Shown: positions 31,568-32,000 of the stretch, in pieces
How the letters are laid out: each line of letters starts with the position of its first letter
How positions within the stretch are numbered: the stretch's first letter is position 1
Assembly (NCBI GenBank): GCA_041661045.1
Contig: JBAZVE010000001.1
Coordinates: 360,001 to 392,000, forward strand
DNA from: Candidatus Saccharimonadota bacterium
Lineage (GTDB): Bacteria; Patescibacteriota; Gracilibacteria; UBA1369; 2-02-FULL-48-14
Direction: 5' to 3'
Length of the DNA stretch: 32,000 nucleotides
Notes under the pieces: model-generated
Told to the model about the DNA's origin: nothing
Database searches by the model: none
Seen by the model: only the letters and a program-made list of their open reading frames with translations
Position numbers and translations under genes: made by a program

Positions 31568-32000
31568 TCCTCTTCTTGCTCAAGTTTTGAGAAGTAATGC
31601 TTCAGTTTTGGTTGAAGGAAGGCATCAATTTGAGCTTCGAATTGGGCGACACACATGGAGAGATGGTTTTTAAGCTTGTTCAGTCGCCATCGCTGGATTG
31701 CGCCTTTCTCTTCAGAGGGAGAGCCGACGAGGCTGCTTATATTTCCCGCTAAACTGAAGCATGTTTTTGCAAGACTTGGGGCATCTTCTCCTGCAAAATA
31801 TGGAGACTGAATTAGTGCTTGCAATGAGGAGTGTGAATGTCGGGCTAGCTCAATATTATTAAATGCTAGTAAACCTTCGATTTCTGACAAAGTAACATTG
31901 CAGATGCTGCTGAGCTCCATCGCCTGTTTGACAGTGGCGTTGAGTTCATCCAAAGATTCGAGCAGAAAACTGCTTTTTATTGCATCCTCTAAGTCCCTCA
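31564..32000 (-). CDS. Hypothetical helical protein, N-terminus probably beyond the window
   Basis: The track ORF starts at TTG 31953. Hand translation shows the frame stays open to position 31998 (…RDLEDAIKSSFLLESLDELNATV…), so the gene likely continues upstream. Confidence 0.5.
   Translation of the reverse strand, partial: RDLEDAIKSSFLLESLDELNATVKQAMELSSICNVTLSEIEGLLAFNNIELARHSHSSLQALIQSPYFAGEDAPSLAKTCFSLAGNISSLVGSPSEEKGAIQRWRLNKLKNHLSMCVAQFEAQIDAFLQPKLKHYFSKLEQEEE

Noticed and set aside
1-32000. CRISPR arrays, rRNA, tmRNA/RNase P, reverse transcriptase/DGR, transposase or integrase genes
   Set aside because: I looked for short regularly spaced repeats, conserved RNA motifs and the relevant protein motifs in all ORFs over 60 aa and recognised none. 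The only regularly recurring repeat has ~0.8-1.4 kb spacing and coding 'spacers', which is not CRISPR-like.

Overview
This is a bacterial chromosomal window of roughly 45-50% GC (hand counts of single 60-nt lines). It uses the standard genetic code, and most genes lack a Shine-Dalgarno sequence. Taxonomy cannot be established from sequence alone; a small-genome, Patescibacteria-like lineage is only a guess. The housekeeping backbone comprises TPM-LemA, a DEAD-box helicase, an RDD protein, MsrB, iPGM, an S41 C-terminal protease, PcrA/UvrD, a ComEC-like MBL hydrolase, MurA and several lipoproteins or secreted proteins. Five tRNA genes with encoded CCA interrupt it: Ser-UGA, Ser-CGA, Tyr-GUA, Thr-CGU and Thr-UGU. 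Each tRNA neighbourhood carries accessory DNA made of ORFans. The most interesting structure starts right after tRNA-Thr(UGU) and runs off the window (27.75-32 kb). Single unrelated ORFs are separated by four same-orientation copies of a 55-85 bp repeat, three of them nearly identical. The repeat core matches the tRNA-Thr 3' end/flank junction at 17 of 20 positions. This looks like a recombinase-less, tRNA-anchored cassette array of unknown mechanism. A second accessory block (1.6-10.7 kb) hangs on two tRNA-Ser genes, with an exact 18-bp duplication of the tRNA-Ser 3' end. It holds DUF4256-like, DUF2000 and DUF1761 genes plus large ORFans. A lipoprotein M23 peptidase gene (16.48-17.75 kb) is a sharp high-GC island with a perfect SD and looks like a recent foreign acquisition. 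No CRISPR array, integrase, transposase, reverse transcriptase or rRNA was recognised.
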